64,000 nucleotides of DNA from Macrostomum hystrix (GCA_950097015.1 CATNEN010000033.1:1612001-1676000); one strand, 5' to 3'; positions 13,401-26,866 are shown, counted from the stretch's first letter. The notes: generated from the letters alone by a model not told the origin. Program-made: numbers and translations.

Positions 13401-16400
13401 TGAGTGTGACAGGGGAATTATTGAGTTTGACAAGTGGAATTATTGAGTATGACAGGGGAATTATTGAGTGTGACAGGGGAATTATTGAGTGTGACAGGGG
13501 AATTAATGAGTATGACAGGGGAATTATTGAGTATGACAGGGGAATTATTGAGTATGACAGGGGAATTATTGAGTGTGATAAGGGGATTATTGAGTGTGAC
13601 AGGGGAATTATTGAGTGTGACAGGGGAATTAATGAGTATGACAGGGGAATTATTGAGTATGACAGGGGAATTATTGAGTGTGACGGGAATTATGGAGTGT
13701 GACAAGGGGATTATTGAGTGTGACAGGGGAATTATTGAGTGTGACAGGGGAATTATTGAGTTTGACAAGTGGAATTATTGAGTGTGACAGGGGAATTATT
13801 GAGTATGACAGGGGAATTATTGAGTTTGACAAGTGGAATTATTGAGTATGACAGGGGAATTATTGAGTGTGACAGGGGAATTATTGAGTTTGACAAGTGG
13901 AATTATTGAGTATGACAGGGGAATTATTGAGTTTGACAAGTGGAATTATTGAGTGTGACAGGGGAATTATTGAGTATGACAGGGGAATTATTGAGTTTGA
14001 CAAGTGGAATTATTGAGTATGACAGGGGAATTATTGAGTGTGACAGGGGAATTATTGAGTTTGACAAGTGGAATTATTTAGTATGACAGGGGAATTATTG
14101 AGTGTGACAAGTGGAATTATTTAGTATGACAGGGGAATTATTGAGTGTGACAGGGGAATTATTGAGTTTGACAAGTGGAATTATTTAGTATGACAGGGGA
14201 ATTATTGAGTGTGACAGGGGAATTATTGAGTGTGACAGGGGAATTATTGAGTTTGACAAGTGGAATTATTGAGTGTGACAGGGGAATTATTGAGTGTGAC
14301 AGGGGAATTATTGAGTATGACAGGGGAATTATTGAGTATGACAGGGGAATTATTGAGTATGACAGGGGAATTATTGAGTATGACAGGGGAATTAATGAGT
14401 ATGACAGGGGAATTATTGAGTATGACAGGGGAATTATTGAGTATGACAGGGGAATTATTGAGTTTGACAAGTGGAATTATTTAGTATGACAGGGGAATTA
14501 TTGAGTGTGACAGGGGAATTATTGAGTTTGACAAGTGGAATTATTTAGTATGACAGGGGAATTATTGAGTGTGACAGGGGAATTATTGAGTTTGACAAGT
14601 GGAATTATTGAGTATGACAGGGGAATTATTGAGTATGACAGGGGAATTATTGAGTATGACAGGGGAATTATTGAGTGTGATAAGGGGATTATTGAGTGTG
14701 ACAGGGGAATTATTGAGTGTGACAGGGGAATTAATGAGTATGACAGGGGAATTATTTAGTATGACAGGGGAATTATTTAGTATGACAGGGGAATTATTTA
14801 GTATGACAGGGGAATTATTGAGTATGACAGGGGAATTATTGAGTATGACAGGGGAATTATTTAGTATGACAGGGGAATTATTGAGTGTGACCGGGGGACT
14901 AAGGAGGGAGACTAGAGGATAGAGGAATATGACAAGAGGATAGAGGAGTGTGACAATGGGATTGAAGAGTAACCTAGAATTGTTTTTATGGAGTGGGTGG
15001 GTACTAAATTGGTCAGTAATCTGTGTGGCTAGGTTAGCCAGGTGGTTGAATAAATCAGCAGCAGCAGCATTCCTCCTCGCACCCAAGGCCCGCGGTCACA
15101 ACCTGGCCAGACTGGACCCGTTGGACATCACCAGGGGCAGTCTGCAGGTGTCTCAAGGCAGCGCCGCCATACTCAACAAAGATCTCTCAGCCACCGGTTT
15201 GTGCACTCTGGGCAATTAAATTGTGCATTTGTCTGAGTACTTTGAGTCTATTGAATGAATTTGGTTTGGTAATTTCAGACACACAGGCTGCCAGGCAGTT
15301 CCTAGCCGAACACCCCAACATCTGTAAGTTAATGTCGGGTCGAATTTTTACCGAGAATAAATTAATGCAAACTGGGTAAAGGGTTTTTTCTGTGCTTATT
15401 TTTAGGTGTAACGCAATTGATTAATTTAGAAACTAGTCAAAAGACATTTTCTATTGTCTTTTGTATTGTATGCATTCGCTATGTGCGTGCCTATCAGGCT
15501 TTTATCATTTGGTGCCTTATTACTGACTTTTTTTACAACACTAAAGTGCGTTGTAGCCTTGATTTCATGTCATTTTTCGAATTTTAAGTGATTCGAGTTT
15601 AGAATCGATTCCAATTATTTGTACAGTCTTGTCGAAAAATCCTCAAATTCCAAATCACACAATCTCGTACTCCCGATCTTAGAATCCCACTCTCAGAACC
15701 GAAAATTGCCACTCTAATCCCATTAGGAAACTCAGCTTCAAATCTGATTGTGCTCTGAAACTGATCACAGTGTCGAATCCGGGTAACTATTCCTTATTAG
15801 ATGTCACATGACGTAGCTGCTATTCTTGGTCGGCAAAGTGTACTTATGCTTTAATAAATAAAGCCATTGTCAAATTTACTGTCTGTATACGCTTTCAGGT
15901 TTACCCGCATTCTGTCGCGCCGCAATGTACAGTTGGATCTGTAAGCCACCACCCCCCTCACCTGCCTCTCTTTTTCTCTTAAAGCAAAACAGCTAAGCCC
16001 TACTCCTGCTGGGCTCCGTACCCTTATTCAGTCTTTTGTTTTACTATTTTGGTCATTAGATGTCATTTGCACTAGTTGATTAGATATTGAATATGACTCT
16101 TGAATTTTTTTATTTTTTTGCTTAAACTGTCTCTCTTCAAGGACGCTCGACTGACGAAATTGCTGGCCAAATGTTGTTGCATTTATATATTTACGTGCCT
16201 CCTTACCTATGAATTTAGTGACACCTGCCACTACCAACCTTCCTCAATTACAGGTCTAGCCACTATTGCCACTATGCTATGCTTTCTCAGATTGCTAAAA
16301 AGTTTAATAGATTCTTCAGGGGCTCTTTCAGTCAGCATTCCCCATGTTTAGATCCTCAAGTTCATTCGTCATCCCTGAGAGCTTCAGGTTCAGTCGTGAC

Positions 16401-19400
16401 CCTTGAGGCTCTGGTTCAGTCATCCCTCAGAGCTTCAGGTTCAGCCGTGACCCCTCAGAGCTTCAGGTTCAGTCATCCCTCAGAGCTTCAGGTTCAGTCG
16501 TCACCCCCCAGAGCTTCAGGTTCAGTCGTCACCCCCCCAGAGCTTCAGGTTCAGTCGTCACCCCTCAGAGCCTCAAGTTCAGTCGTCACCCCTCAGAGCT
16601 TCAGGTTCAGTCATCCCTCAGAGCTTCAGGTTCAGTCGTCACCCCTCACAGCCTCAGGTTCAGTCATCCCTCAGAGCTTCAGGTTCAGTCGTCACCCCTC
16701 AGAGCCTCAAGTTCAGTCGTCACCCCCCAGAGCTTCAGGTTCAGTCGTCACCCCTCAGAGCCTCAAGTTCAGTCGTCACCCCTCAAAGCCTCAAGTTCAG
16801 TCGTCACCCCTCAGAGCCTCATGTTAGTCGTCACCCCTCAGAGCTTCAGGTTCAGTCATCCCTCAGAGCTTCAGGTTCAGTCATCCCTCAGAGCCTCAGG
16901 TTCAGTCATCCCTCAGAGCTTCAGGTTCAGTTCGATCCTTCGGAGCCTCAGGTTCAGTCGTCACCCCTCAGAGCTTCAGGTTCAGTCATCCCTCAGAGCT
17001 TCAGGTTCAGTCGTCACCCTTCGGAGCCTCAGGTTCAGTCGTCACCCCTCAGAGCTTCAGGTTCAGTCATCCCTCAGAGCCTCAGGTTCAGTCATCCCTA
17101 AGAGCCTCAGGTTCAGTCGTCACCCCTCATAGCCTCAGGTTCAGTCGTCACCCCTCATAGCCTCAGGTTCAGTCGTCACCCCTCATAGCCTCAGGTTCAG
17201 TCGTCACCCCTCAGAGCTTCAGGTTCAGTCATCCCTCAGAGCCTCAGGTTCAGTCATCCCTCAGAGCCTCAGGTTCAGTCGTCACCCCTCATAGCCTCAG
17301 GTTCAGTCGTCACCCTCATAGCCTCAGGTTTAGTCGTCACCCCTCAGAGCTTCAGGTTCAGTCATCCCTCAGAGCCTCAGGTTCAGTCGTCACCCCTCAT
17401 AGCCTCAGGTTCAGTCGTCACCCTCAGAGCTTCAGGTTCAGTCGTCACCCCTCAGAGCCTCAAGTTCAGTCGTCACCCTCAGAGCTTCAGGTTCAGTCGT
17501 CACCCCTCAGAGCCTCAAGTTCAGTCGTCACCCTCAGAGCTTCAGGTTCAGTCGTCACCCCTCACAGCCTCAGGTTCAGTCGTCACCCTCAGAGCTTCAG
17601 GTTCAGTCGTCACCCCTCACAGCTTCAGGTTCAGTCGTCACCCTCAGAGCTTCAGGTTCAGTCGTCACCCCTCACAGCCTCAGGTTCAGTCGTCACCCTC
17701 AGAGCTTCAGGTTCAGTCGTCACCCCTCACAGCTTCAGGTTCAGTCGTCACCCGTCACAGCCTCAGGTTCAGTCGTCACCCACAGAGCTTCAGGTCCAGT
17801 CATCCCTCAGAGCCTCAGGTTCAGACGTAACACTTGGTTTATGTAAAGTATTCCTAAATTGCAAATACAATAACAAGCAACAAGCAATATAAAGAATGTT
17901 TTTTCAATCACGCATGTGCCGCATATCAGCTCCTATCACACTCGTGTTTCATACCTTTGTTATTTTTTATTTTCAGCACAATTATCGCGCTTTTGCCCCA
18001 ACCAGCCTACTAGTTTAAGCAGTCTAAAAGTAGGCGCTCATGCATTGTTGAGCCAAAATATTATCAGTGAATTCATTCAGCAGTTTTCACCTTATCAATG
18101 TTCCTCATATACCATGCGCGTGTTGTAAAATTATATAAATTTTTATTTATCCCTATTTCTTCCCTGTCGATTTCATTTCCTCATCTTCGATTTACTCCCC
18201 CCGCCCTCGCCAAACAGCCAAGGAGGACATGGAGAAGCGATTTCGCCTGCCCCAGACCACTAGGATTGGCGGCGAGGAGGTCGAGCTGCAGCTGAAGGAG
18301 ATCATCAACCGCCTGGAGAATGTCTACTGCAAGTACATCGGCGTGGAGTTCATGTTCATCAACAATCACGAGCAGTGCGAGTGGCTCAGGGAGAAATTTG
18401 AGACGCCCGGCGTTATGACCGTCACAGCCGATGAGAAACGACTGCTGCTGGCTCGACTCATTCGCTCCACCAGGTGAGTCAGCCCGGCACTCTGCCACTA
18501 GGAACCAGGTAGGTCAGACTGACCCACTAAGATAAGAAGTAGGTCAGAGTGACCCACTAAGATAAGAAGTAGGTCAGAGTGACCCACTAAGAAACAGGTA
18601 GGTCAGACTGACCCACCAGGACATAGGTAAGTCAGACTGACCCAGTAGGACATAGGTAGGTCAGACTGACCCACTAGGGAATAGGTAGGTCAGTCTGACC
18701 CACTAAGATGAGAAGTATGTCCGACTGACCCACTAGGATATAAAGGAGGTCAATTTACAATGAAAAATAGACGAGAGTGACCCACTCAAAATTAGATCTG
18801 GTTTCTGTCCGGGATTAAAAAAGGGTGACCCACAGGAATGATGATTCTAGCAGCTGATGGTGACCCACAGGGATGGGAGATGGGTCATGGTGATTCTAGC
18901 AGCTCATGGTGACCCACAGGGATGGGAGATGGGTCATGGTGATTCTAGCAGCTGTGGGTGACCCACAGGGATGGGAGATGGGTCATGGTGATTCTAGCAG
19001 CTCATGGTGACCCACAGGGATGGGAGATGGGTCATGGTGATTCTAGCAGCTGATGGTGACCCACAGGGATGGGAGATGGGTCATGGTGATTCTAGCAGCT
19101 GATGGTGACCCACAGGGATGGGAGATGGGTCATGGTAATTCTAGCAGCTGAGGGTTACCCACAGGGATGGGAGATGGGTCATGGTGATTCTAGCAGCTTA
19201 GCCGTTTCGCTTTGTCCCTCAGATTCGAGGAGTTCCTGGCCCGCAAATGGTCCGCCGAGAAGCGCTTCGGCCTGGAGGGCGCCGAGGTGATGATCCCGGC
19301 CATGAAGACTGTCATTGATGTGTCCTCGGACCTGGGCGTCGAGAGCTTCAACATCGGCATGCCCCACCGCGGCCGGCTGAACGTCCTGGCCAACGTGGCC

Positions 19401-22400
19401 CGCAAGCCGCTGGAGAATCTATTCTGTCAGTTCGACTCAAAGCTGAAGGCCATGGACGAAGGCTCGGGCGATGTGAAATATCACCTGGGCATGTGTCACG
19501 AGAGAATCAACCGGCTCAACAACAAGAAGGTGAAGATCAGCGTGCTGGCCAACCCGTCCCACCTGGAAGCGGTGGACCCGGTCTGCCAGGGCAAGACCTA
19601 CTCCGAGCAGTTCTACCGCGGTGACACGGACGGCAAGAAGGTCATGTCGCTGCTGCTGCATGGCGATGCCGCCTTCTGCGGTCAGGGCGTTGTGCTGGAG
19701 ACGTTTCACCTGTCCGACCTGCCCAACTACTCAACTCACGGAACTATTCACATTGTGGTTAACAATCAGGTGAGCAGAAAATTGCTGCATGCCGGCAAAT
19801 ACTGGCTGAAATGATATATATATTATTTAACCAACATGGATTCGACAAAGATGTTTACACAGACGCAATCTTTATTGTACTTGTCACCAGGGTCTTGTAC
19901 AAAAATCACTGAATATCTGAATGAATGTCTGATTAAGGACGGATTTGAAAGTAAGTTCGTCGTAAAAAGGAGCATTTTGATTCAGAGGCGGACTTTCACG
20001 AAAATCGTTCATTCGGTTCGGGAGCAGCAGTGAAGTCGGCAATGGGCATTTGAAATACCCAGGGGGGGAATTGCGTGGTCTTTCTCCAGTTAAGTGATAT
20101 ATCATCATTCAGGGTTCTTCTATCGTCCTTCAGTGGTCTCCCATCATTATTTAGCCATCTTCCATCTTTTCCCAGTGGCATTCATGGATCTCCCAGTGGC
20201 CTTGAGGGATCTCCCAGTGGCCTGAGGGATCTCCCAGTGGCCTTGAGGGATCTCCCAGTGGCCTTGAGGGATCTCTCTGTGGCCTTGAGGGATCTTCCTG
20301 TGGCCTTGAGGGATCTCCCTGTGGCCTTGAGGGATCTCCCTGTGGCCTTAAGGGATCTCCCTGTGGCCTTGAGGGATCTCCGTCTGGCCTTGAGGGATCT
20401 CCCTGTGGCCTTGAGGGATCTCCCTGTGGCCTTGAGGGATCTCCCTATGGCCTTGAGGGATCTCCGTCTGGCCTTGAGGGATCTCCCTGTGGCATTGAGG
20501 GATCTCCCTGTGGCATTGAGGGATCTCCCTGTGGCATTGAGGGATCTCCGTCTGGCCTTGAGGGATCTCCCTGTGCCTTCGGGATATTCCAGTGGCCTTG
20601 AGGAATCTCTCAGCGGCCTTCATGGATCTCCAAATGGCCTTTAGGGATCTGCCATCATGCTTCAGGCATTTCCCATCATCATTCAGGGATCTGCAACCAT
20701 GCTTTAGGCATCTCCCTTCATCTACCAGCGGCCTTCAGGAATCTCCCATCATACTTCAGAGTAACTCTCCATTCTTCAGGGATGTTTCATCATTCCTCTG
20801 GTGTATTTTTAAACTAGCCTGTGTCCTGTACACTTCGAGAAACAATTGGTTATGAAAGTGATGCATAACGTGCGATCGATCCGAAACAAACCCTCAACAC
20901 AGGTGGGCTTCACAACCGACCCTCGCGTGGCACGCTCCAGTCCCTACTGCACAGACGTGGCCCGTGTCGTGAACGCTCCCATTCTGCACGTGAACGCCGA
21001 CCATCCCGAGGAGGTGATCCACGTGGCCAAGGTGGCCGCCGAGTGGCGGTCCAAGTTCGGCAAAGACGTGGTCATCGATCTGGTCTGCTACAGGCGAAAC
21101 GGTCACAATGAGATGGACGAGCCGATGTTCACCCAGCCGTTGATGTACAAGAAGATCAAGGAGCACAAGAATGTGCTGCAGCTGTACCTTGAAAAGCTGC
21201 TCAGCGTGAGTTTGATAAATGTACTCAGAAACAGAAATAAGAAACTAGTTACGATATTAGAAATCAAACCGCACACTCAGAGATCCCACCGCACACTCAG
21301 AGATCCCACCGCAGAATCAGAGATCCCACCGCACACTCAGAGATCCCACCGCACACTCAGAGATCCCACCGCACACTCAGAGATCCCACCGCAGAATCAG
21401 AGATCCCACCGCACACTCAGAGATCCCACCGCAGAATCAGAGATCCCACCGCACAATCAGAGATCCCATGGCGCACATCCTGAAGATCCCATAGCGCACA
21501 TCCTGAATATCCCATAGCACACATCCTGAATATCCCATAGCGCACATCCTGAAGATCCCATAGCGCACATCCTGAATATCCCATAGCGCACATCCTGAAT
21601 ATCCCATAGCACACATCCTGAATATCCCATAGCGCACATCCTGAATATCCCATAGCGCACATCCTGAAGATCCCATAGCGCACATCCTGAAGATCCCATA
21701 GCGCACATCCTGAATATCCCATAGCGCACATCCTGAATATCCCATAGCGCACATCCTGAAGATCCCATAGCGCACATCCTGAAGATCCCATAGCGCACAT
21801 CCTGAATATCCCATAGCACACATCCTGAATATCCCATAGCGCACATCCTGAAGATCTCATAGCGCACATCCTGAAGATCCCATAGCGCACATCCTGAATA
21901 TCCCATAGCACACATCCTGAATATCCCATAGCGCACATCCTGAAGATCCCATAGCGCGCATCATGAATATCCCATAGCACACATCCTGAATATCCCATAG
22001 CGCACATCCTGAAGATCCCATAGCGCACATCCTGAAGATCCCATAGCGCACATCCTGAATATCCCATAGCGCACATCCTGAAGATCCCATAGCGCACATC
22101 CTGAATATCCCATAGCGCACATCCTGAAGATCCCATAGCGCACATCCTGAATATCCCATAGCGCACATCCTGAATATCCCATAGCGCACATCCTGAAGAT
22201 CCCATAGCGCACATCCTGAATATCCCATAGCGCACATCCTGAATATCCCATAGCACACATCCTGAATATCCCATAGCGCACATCCTGAATATCCCATAGC
22301 ACACATCCTGAATATCCCATAGCGCACATCCTGAAGATCCCATAGCGCACATCCTGAATATCCCATAGCGCACATCCTGAAGATCCCATAGCGCACATCC

Positions 22401-25323
22401 TGAATATCCCATAGCGCACATCCTGAATATCCCATAGCACACATCCTGAAGATCCCATAGCGCACATCCTGAAGATCCCATAGCACACATCCTGAAGATC
22501 CCATAGCGCACATCCTGAATATCCCATAGCGCACATCCTTAATATCCCATAGCACACATCCTGAATATCCCATAACGCACATCCTGAAGATCCCATAGCG
22601 CACATCCTGAAGATCCCATAGCGCACATCCTGAAGATCCCACCAACAACCACTGCTCCAGGAGGGCACGGTCACGCAGGCGGAGTTTGACGAAGAGAGCC
22701 AGCGCTACGAGAAAGTCTGCGAGGATGCCTTCAACAACGCCAAGTCGGTGAAGGGTGTCCGTAACCGCGACTGGCTCGACTCGCCCTGGGTCGGCTTCTT
22801 TGAAGGCCGCGACGCTATGAAGGCGCCGGCCACGGCTGTGGCGCCGGAGCGGCTGAACAAGATCGGCCAGGTGTTTTCCACGGTGCCGCAGGGGTTCAAG
22901 ATTCACGCCGGTCTGAAGCGAACTCTCCGAGGCCGGGCCGAACTATTGGAGAATGAGCAGGCCGACTGGGCCATGGGCGAGGCGTTCGCCTTCGGCAGTC
23001 TGCTCACTGAGGGCTATCATGTCCGACTGTCCGGTCAAGATGTCGAGCGCGGCACCTTCTCGCACCGGCATCACGTGCTGCACGATCAGGAGAGAGACTT
23101 GGCCACCTATGTTCCCCTCAATAATATTGAGCAGGGTGAGTAGCGGAGTTTAATTGAGAATCCATAGATTCACAGTAATCCCATATATTCACAGTAATCC
23201 CATAGATTCACAGTAATCCCATAGATTCACAGTAATCCCATAGAATCACAGTAATCCCATAGATTCACAGTAATCCCATAGAATCACAGTAATCCCATAG
23301 ATTCACAGCTATCCCATAGAATCACAGTAATCCCATAGATTCACAGCTATCCCATAGAATCACAGTAATCTCATGGATTTACAGTAATCCCAACGGTTAT
23401 CGTTAACTTTTTGATTTCAGAAAGCTAGAAATCGCATAAGTTCTTATTAATTCTCAAGACTCAATTATCCCATTGGCTGCGAGTTTAGTTCACTCCATTA
23501 AGTTTTTATTATATCGGTAAAATTGCAAATATCTCATTATTCTACTATCAGTAGACAACCGAGTTTATGCTTGTCTCCACTCCGCAGGCCAGGCCGCTTA
23601 CACTGTGTGCAACAGCAGCCTGTCTGAGTACGCCGTAATGGGATTCGAACTAGGCTACTCGCTAAACGATCCCAACGCCCTGATCATGTGGGAGGCCCAG
23701 TTCGGCGACTTCAACAACACCGCCCAGTGCATCATCGACCAGTTCGTGAGCTCCGGCCAGCAGAAGTGGGTCAGGCAGTCAGGCCTGGTGCTGCTGCTGC
23801 CCCACGGCTATGAGGGCATGGGCCCCGAGCACAGCTCCGCCCGCCTCGAGCGCTTCCTCCAGATGTCCAGCGACGACGCCGATCACATCCCCGTGCTTGA
23901 CGACGACTTCATGATGCAGCAGCTGCACGACATCAACTGGTTCGTGTGCAACGTCACCACTCCTGCCAACTATTTCCACCTGATGCGCCGCCAGGTGCTG
24001 CTGCCGTTCCGCAAGCCGCTGATTCTGCTGACGCCAAAGTCTCTACTGCGCCTGCCTGAGGCGCGCAGCTCGTTTTCTGAGATGACCGGCAACAGCGCCT
24101 TCCAGCGGCTCATTCCCGACCAGGTAGGCGGCTTCTTAGTGTCTTATTCGTGTGCCCTTCGCTCCCATCGATTGCAGACATCCCAACTGAAGTTTTCCCA
24201 TCGAGCTCACTGACCAATCCCAAAATCTCTCACATCTCATAGTCTGTCAAAAATCCCATAGTCTGTCACCAATCCCATAGTCTGTCACAAATCCCATAGT
24301 CTGTCACAAATCTCATAGTCTGTCACCAATCCCATAATCTGTCACAAATCCCATAGTCTGTCACAAATCCCATAGTCTGTCACAAATCTCATAGTCTGTC
24401 ACCAATCCCATAATCTGTCACAAATCCCATAGTCTGTCACAAATCTGTCACCAATCCCATAGTCTGTCACAAATCTCATAGTTTGTCACAAATCCCACAG
24501 TCTGTCACAAAACCCATAGTCTATCAGATCCCATTGTCTAGAATTCCAGGTGCTATCACAGATTTTCCGTGATTCTTATCTGTCATCACAGGGCCCGCCG
24601 TCAAAGGCCGACCCTAAGGAGGTGGTGAAGCTGATTCTGTGCAGCGGCAAGGTCTACTATGAGCTAGTGAAGGAGCGAGAGCGAACCGGACACAATGACA
24701 CCATCGCCATCAGCCGGGTGGAACAGATCAGCCCATTCCCATATGACCTTGTCTGTGAGTGCTGCTTTGTTTCTTCGGTCGATTCTTTGAATGACATTTT
24801 AGAACCGTCCTTTTTTGACACGAAGATATTTTAAAGCCATCGATTTTTTGGGGAGGAGATTTTGAAGTCGCGGATTATTCTGTGGGTGAGAATTTGAAGC
24901 CATGGGTTCTCTGCGGGTGAGATTTTGAAGTCGCGGATTATTCTGTGGGTGAGAATTTGAAGCCATGGGTTCTCTGCGGGTGAGATTTTGAAGTCGCGGA
25001 TTCTCAGGGTGAGATTTTGAAGTCGCGGATACCCTGAGTGTGAGATTTCGAAGCCGTACTTCTCCCACCTTGCAGTGCAGGAGCTGAACAAGTACCCATT
25101 CGCCAGGGTGCAGTGGGTGCAGGAGGAGCACAAGAACATGGGCAGCTGGTTCTACGTGCAGCCCCGCGTGAACAACCTGATCCGCACCCAATGCCCTGAC
25201 CGGACCCACCGGCACGTATCCTACGCCGGCAGGCCGCCTTCCGCCTCGGCTGCCGCCGGCAACAAGCAGCTCCACCTGATGGAGATCGCCCAGTTCCTCA
25301 AGGATGCCATGAGCCCAGTCTAA
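10433..25323 (+). CDS. OGDH: 2-oxoglutarate dehydrogenase E1, mitochondrial; join(10433..10591,11240..11452,15088..15196,[15279..15323 or 15899..15940],18218..18473,19223..19769,20903..21205,22661..23135,23588..24123,24592..24754,25076..25323), about 1017 aa
   Basis: Hallmarks [40 protein letters not shown], ThDP-binding [47 protein letters not shown] and QEEHKNMG. Every junction is GT-AG with a compatible phase. Confidence 0.97.
10600..11050. repeat. 40-nt tandem repeat in OGDH intron 1 (GACAAGGGTATTGGATACAGTGACACATACAGGATACAGT)
   Basis: Period of 40 read directly (e.g. 10741 and 10781). Confidence 0.92.
11525..14895. repeat. 21-nt minisatellite (GACAGGGGAATTATTGAGTGT and variants), about 160 copies, OGDH intron 2
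   Basis: Direct periodicity; source of the [14 protein letters not shown] and NNSPVTL ORFs. Confidence 0.97.
15279..15323 (+). CDS. OGDH: OGDH alternative micro-exon 4a (45 nt, phase 1/1; [15 protein letters not shown])
   Basis: AATTTCAG acceptor and ATCT|GTAAGT donor; keeps the frame between the exon ending at 15196 and the exon starting at 18218. Confidence 0.75.
15899..15940 (+). CDS. OGDH: OGDH alternative micro-exon 4b (42 nt, phase 1/1; [14 protein letters not shown])
   Basis: GCTTTCAG acceptor and ATCT|GTAAGC donor; same phase and same last four nucleotides as 4a. Confidence 0.65.
16355..17825. repeat. 25-28-nt minisatellite (CAGAGCTTCAGGTTCAGTCGTCACCCCT) in the OGDH intron before exon 5
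   Basis: Direct periodicity with short and long unit variants. Confidence 0.95.
18500..19200. repeat. Two adjacent tandem repeats in OGDH intron 5: about 29-nt AGGTAGGTCAGACTGACCCACT-type (18500-18740) and 49-nt GGTGACCCACAGGGATGGGAGATGGGTCATGGTGATTCTAGCAGCTGAT (18850-19200)
   Basis: Direct periodicity; both units contain TGACCCAC. Confidence 0.9.
20180..20640. repeat. 21-nt tandem repeat (GGCCTTGAGGGATCTCCCTGT) in OGDH intron 6
   Basis: Direct periodicity; source of the ALRDLPV ORF. Confidence 0.93.
21270..22640. repeat. Compound satellite in OGDH intron 7: 20-nt CAGAGATCCCACCGCACACT (21270-21470), then 23-nt GAAGATCCCATAGCGCACATCCT (21470-22640)
   Basis: Direct periodicity; the two units are related (GATCCCA..CGCACA). 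Confidence 0.95.
23160..23390. repeat. 19-nt tandem repeat (AATCCCATAGATTCACAGT) in OGDH intron 8
   Basis: Direct periodicity. Confidence 0.92.
24240..24530. repeat. 19-nt tandem repeat (AATCCCATAGTCTGTCACA) in OGDH intron 9
   Basis: Direct periodicity. Confidence 0.92.
24840..25050. repeat. 63-nt repeat built from two related subunits of about 31 nt (GAGATTTTGAAGTCGCGGAT... and GAGAATTTGAAGCCATGGGT...) in OGDH intron 10
   Basis: Direct periodicity. Confidence 0.85.
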
Positions 25324-26866
25324 AACCAGCCAGAGCCGGCTATTGGCTAGCCCTACCATTATTTCAGGCAAATTATTCAGAAACTGACTACCGCTCTATC
25401 ATCTTCACTTCTATGGCTACTTATGAGTAGTGCGTTATGCAGAGCCTCTGTTTCTTAATCAGAAACACCTAGAAAATAAAATTATAACAAATTATTGATA
25501 CGTTTAAAAGTGTGTAGCTAGTTTAGTGGATAGAAAAGCCTAAAACGCATGCAACAAGCACGACTTGCAACTAAATACTGTTTTTAAACCTCTTGTTTTC
25601 GTGTAAATTGCGGCTAAATTTTCGATTGATAAAAATTTGAATTCGATAAAAAAATAACTTCGCTCCCTTCTTTGGGTCGAGGCGCCATCCTCGGGTTTTG
25701 TTTGTCTTTGTGTTTCGTTTCATAACTATTTATTTGTTTATTTTTGTCAGGCAAAATCGCGTTTTGAAAACTGATTTGACCAGATTGAGAACCGTGGAAC
25801 TCTTTTATTTTACTCCTCTCCAAGATTCGCCCAGCGCTTCTGACGCAGTTGTATTTCTGCACTTCTTCAACAAAAAAAGCACAAAAACACATCATGGTGA
25901 GTGGATGCGCTCTCTCTCTACTGTTGATGAGTAGTATTTCACCTTAATTAACTTTTTTGGCTTTGCTTTTAGCGTGCTGCTGATGTGTTTGCTGTTTTAT
26001 TTTTCGAATATTTGGTGCGCGACAACGCCAGCATGTTTTTGGGGGATTTCGATTTGTCAGCGAGTTGGCTCGCTTTGACTAGAGAGTCGAGCGAGCAATC
26101 GCTGGTATTGAGCGGCCCTGCTCAAGGCAGATTCGAGAGCTCGACAGACTAATTGCACTTTGATATGCGTGTGCTCCTATTCTGCTTACAACTTTCTCCT
26201 TGGCCCTCTGTTTTTTGCTTTCCTGATGCTAGAAATGCGGCACTAACTGGTAGTTTTTGGTGAGTGACTGGACGCCTATTGCTCCCCGCAGGCCCAGACC
26301 CCAAATCGCCACCTTCAGTTTTGCAAACAATTCAAAGTTTTAACTTACTTTAGAGGCCATCTCATCTTGACGAACTCTCGACTTTGCAAGAAAAAGGCCA
26401 ATCAGTCTTTGTTTAGTTTTGCCGCTTCTTTTGCTTTAGAAGTTAGAACTACTAGTAATTATATAGAGCAAGAAAAAATAAACACATACACACGCCTAAA
26501 TGGCATTCATTTTATTTAGAGAATAAAACGAAAGAAAAGCCGCAGACTTTTGTTTGTTTCTTGCTTGCTATCCTGAGTCATTATTGTGCTTTTTGTCCAG
26601 TCGTGCTTCTTACCTATTAATATTGCTGAAGCCCATAAACATGATATAAGCATTCACAGAGTGCGTGCATAAAGGTCATTCTTGCTCATTGGCTAGAAAC
26701 TGTCCGTGAAGAGTTTTCTATCCAGTGTTCTAAAAATACAATATGGCAATTCCCTTGCTAAGCGCTGACTAGAAGCCAGACTGTGTGGACAAGCCTTAAA
26801 CACATTCCACCCACCAGTGAACACTGAGGAGCATTGCTATTATTACTACTCTCTTCTGTCTGTTTG

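Noticed and set aside
11108-14922. Many long repetitive ORFs ([21 protein letters not shown]; likewise those at 1615-2439, 16279-17132, 20075-20644, 21417-22674, 48653-49330, 61525-62572)
   Set aside because: They are translations of tandem repeats lacking stops in some frames, mostly inside introns of well-supported genes.
17977-18030. Third candidate OGDH micro-exon (TTTCAG|CACAATT...AAA|GTAGGC)
   Set aside because: Entering in phase 1 it exits in phase 0, which is incompatible with exon 5.
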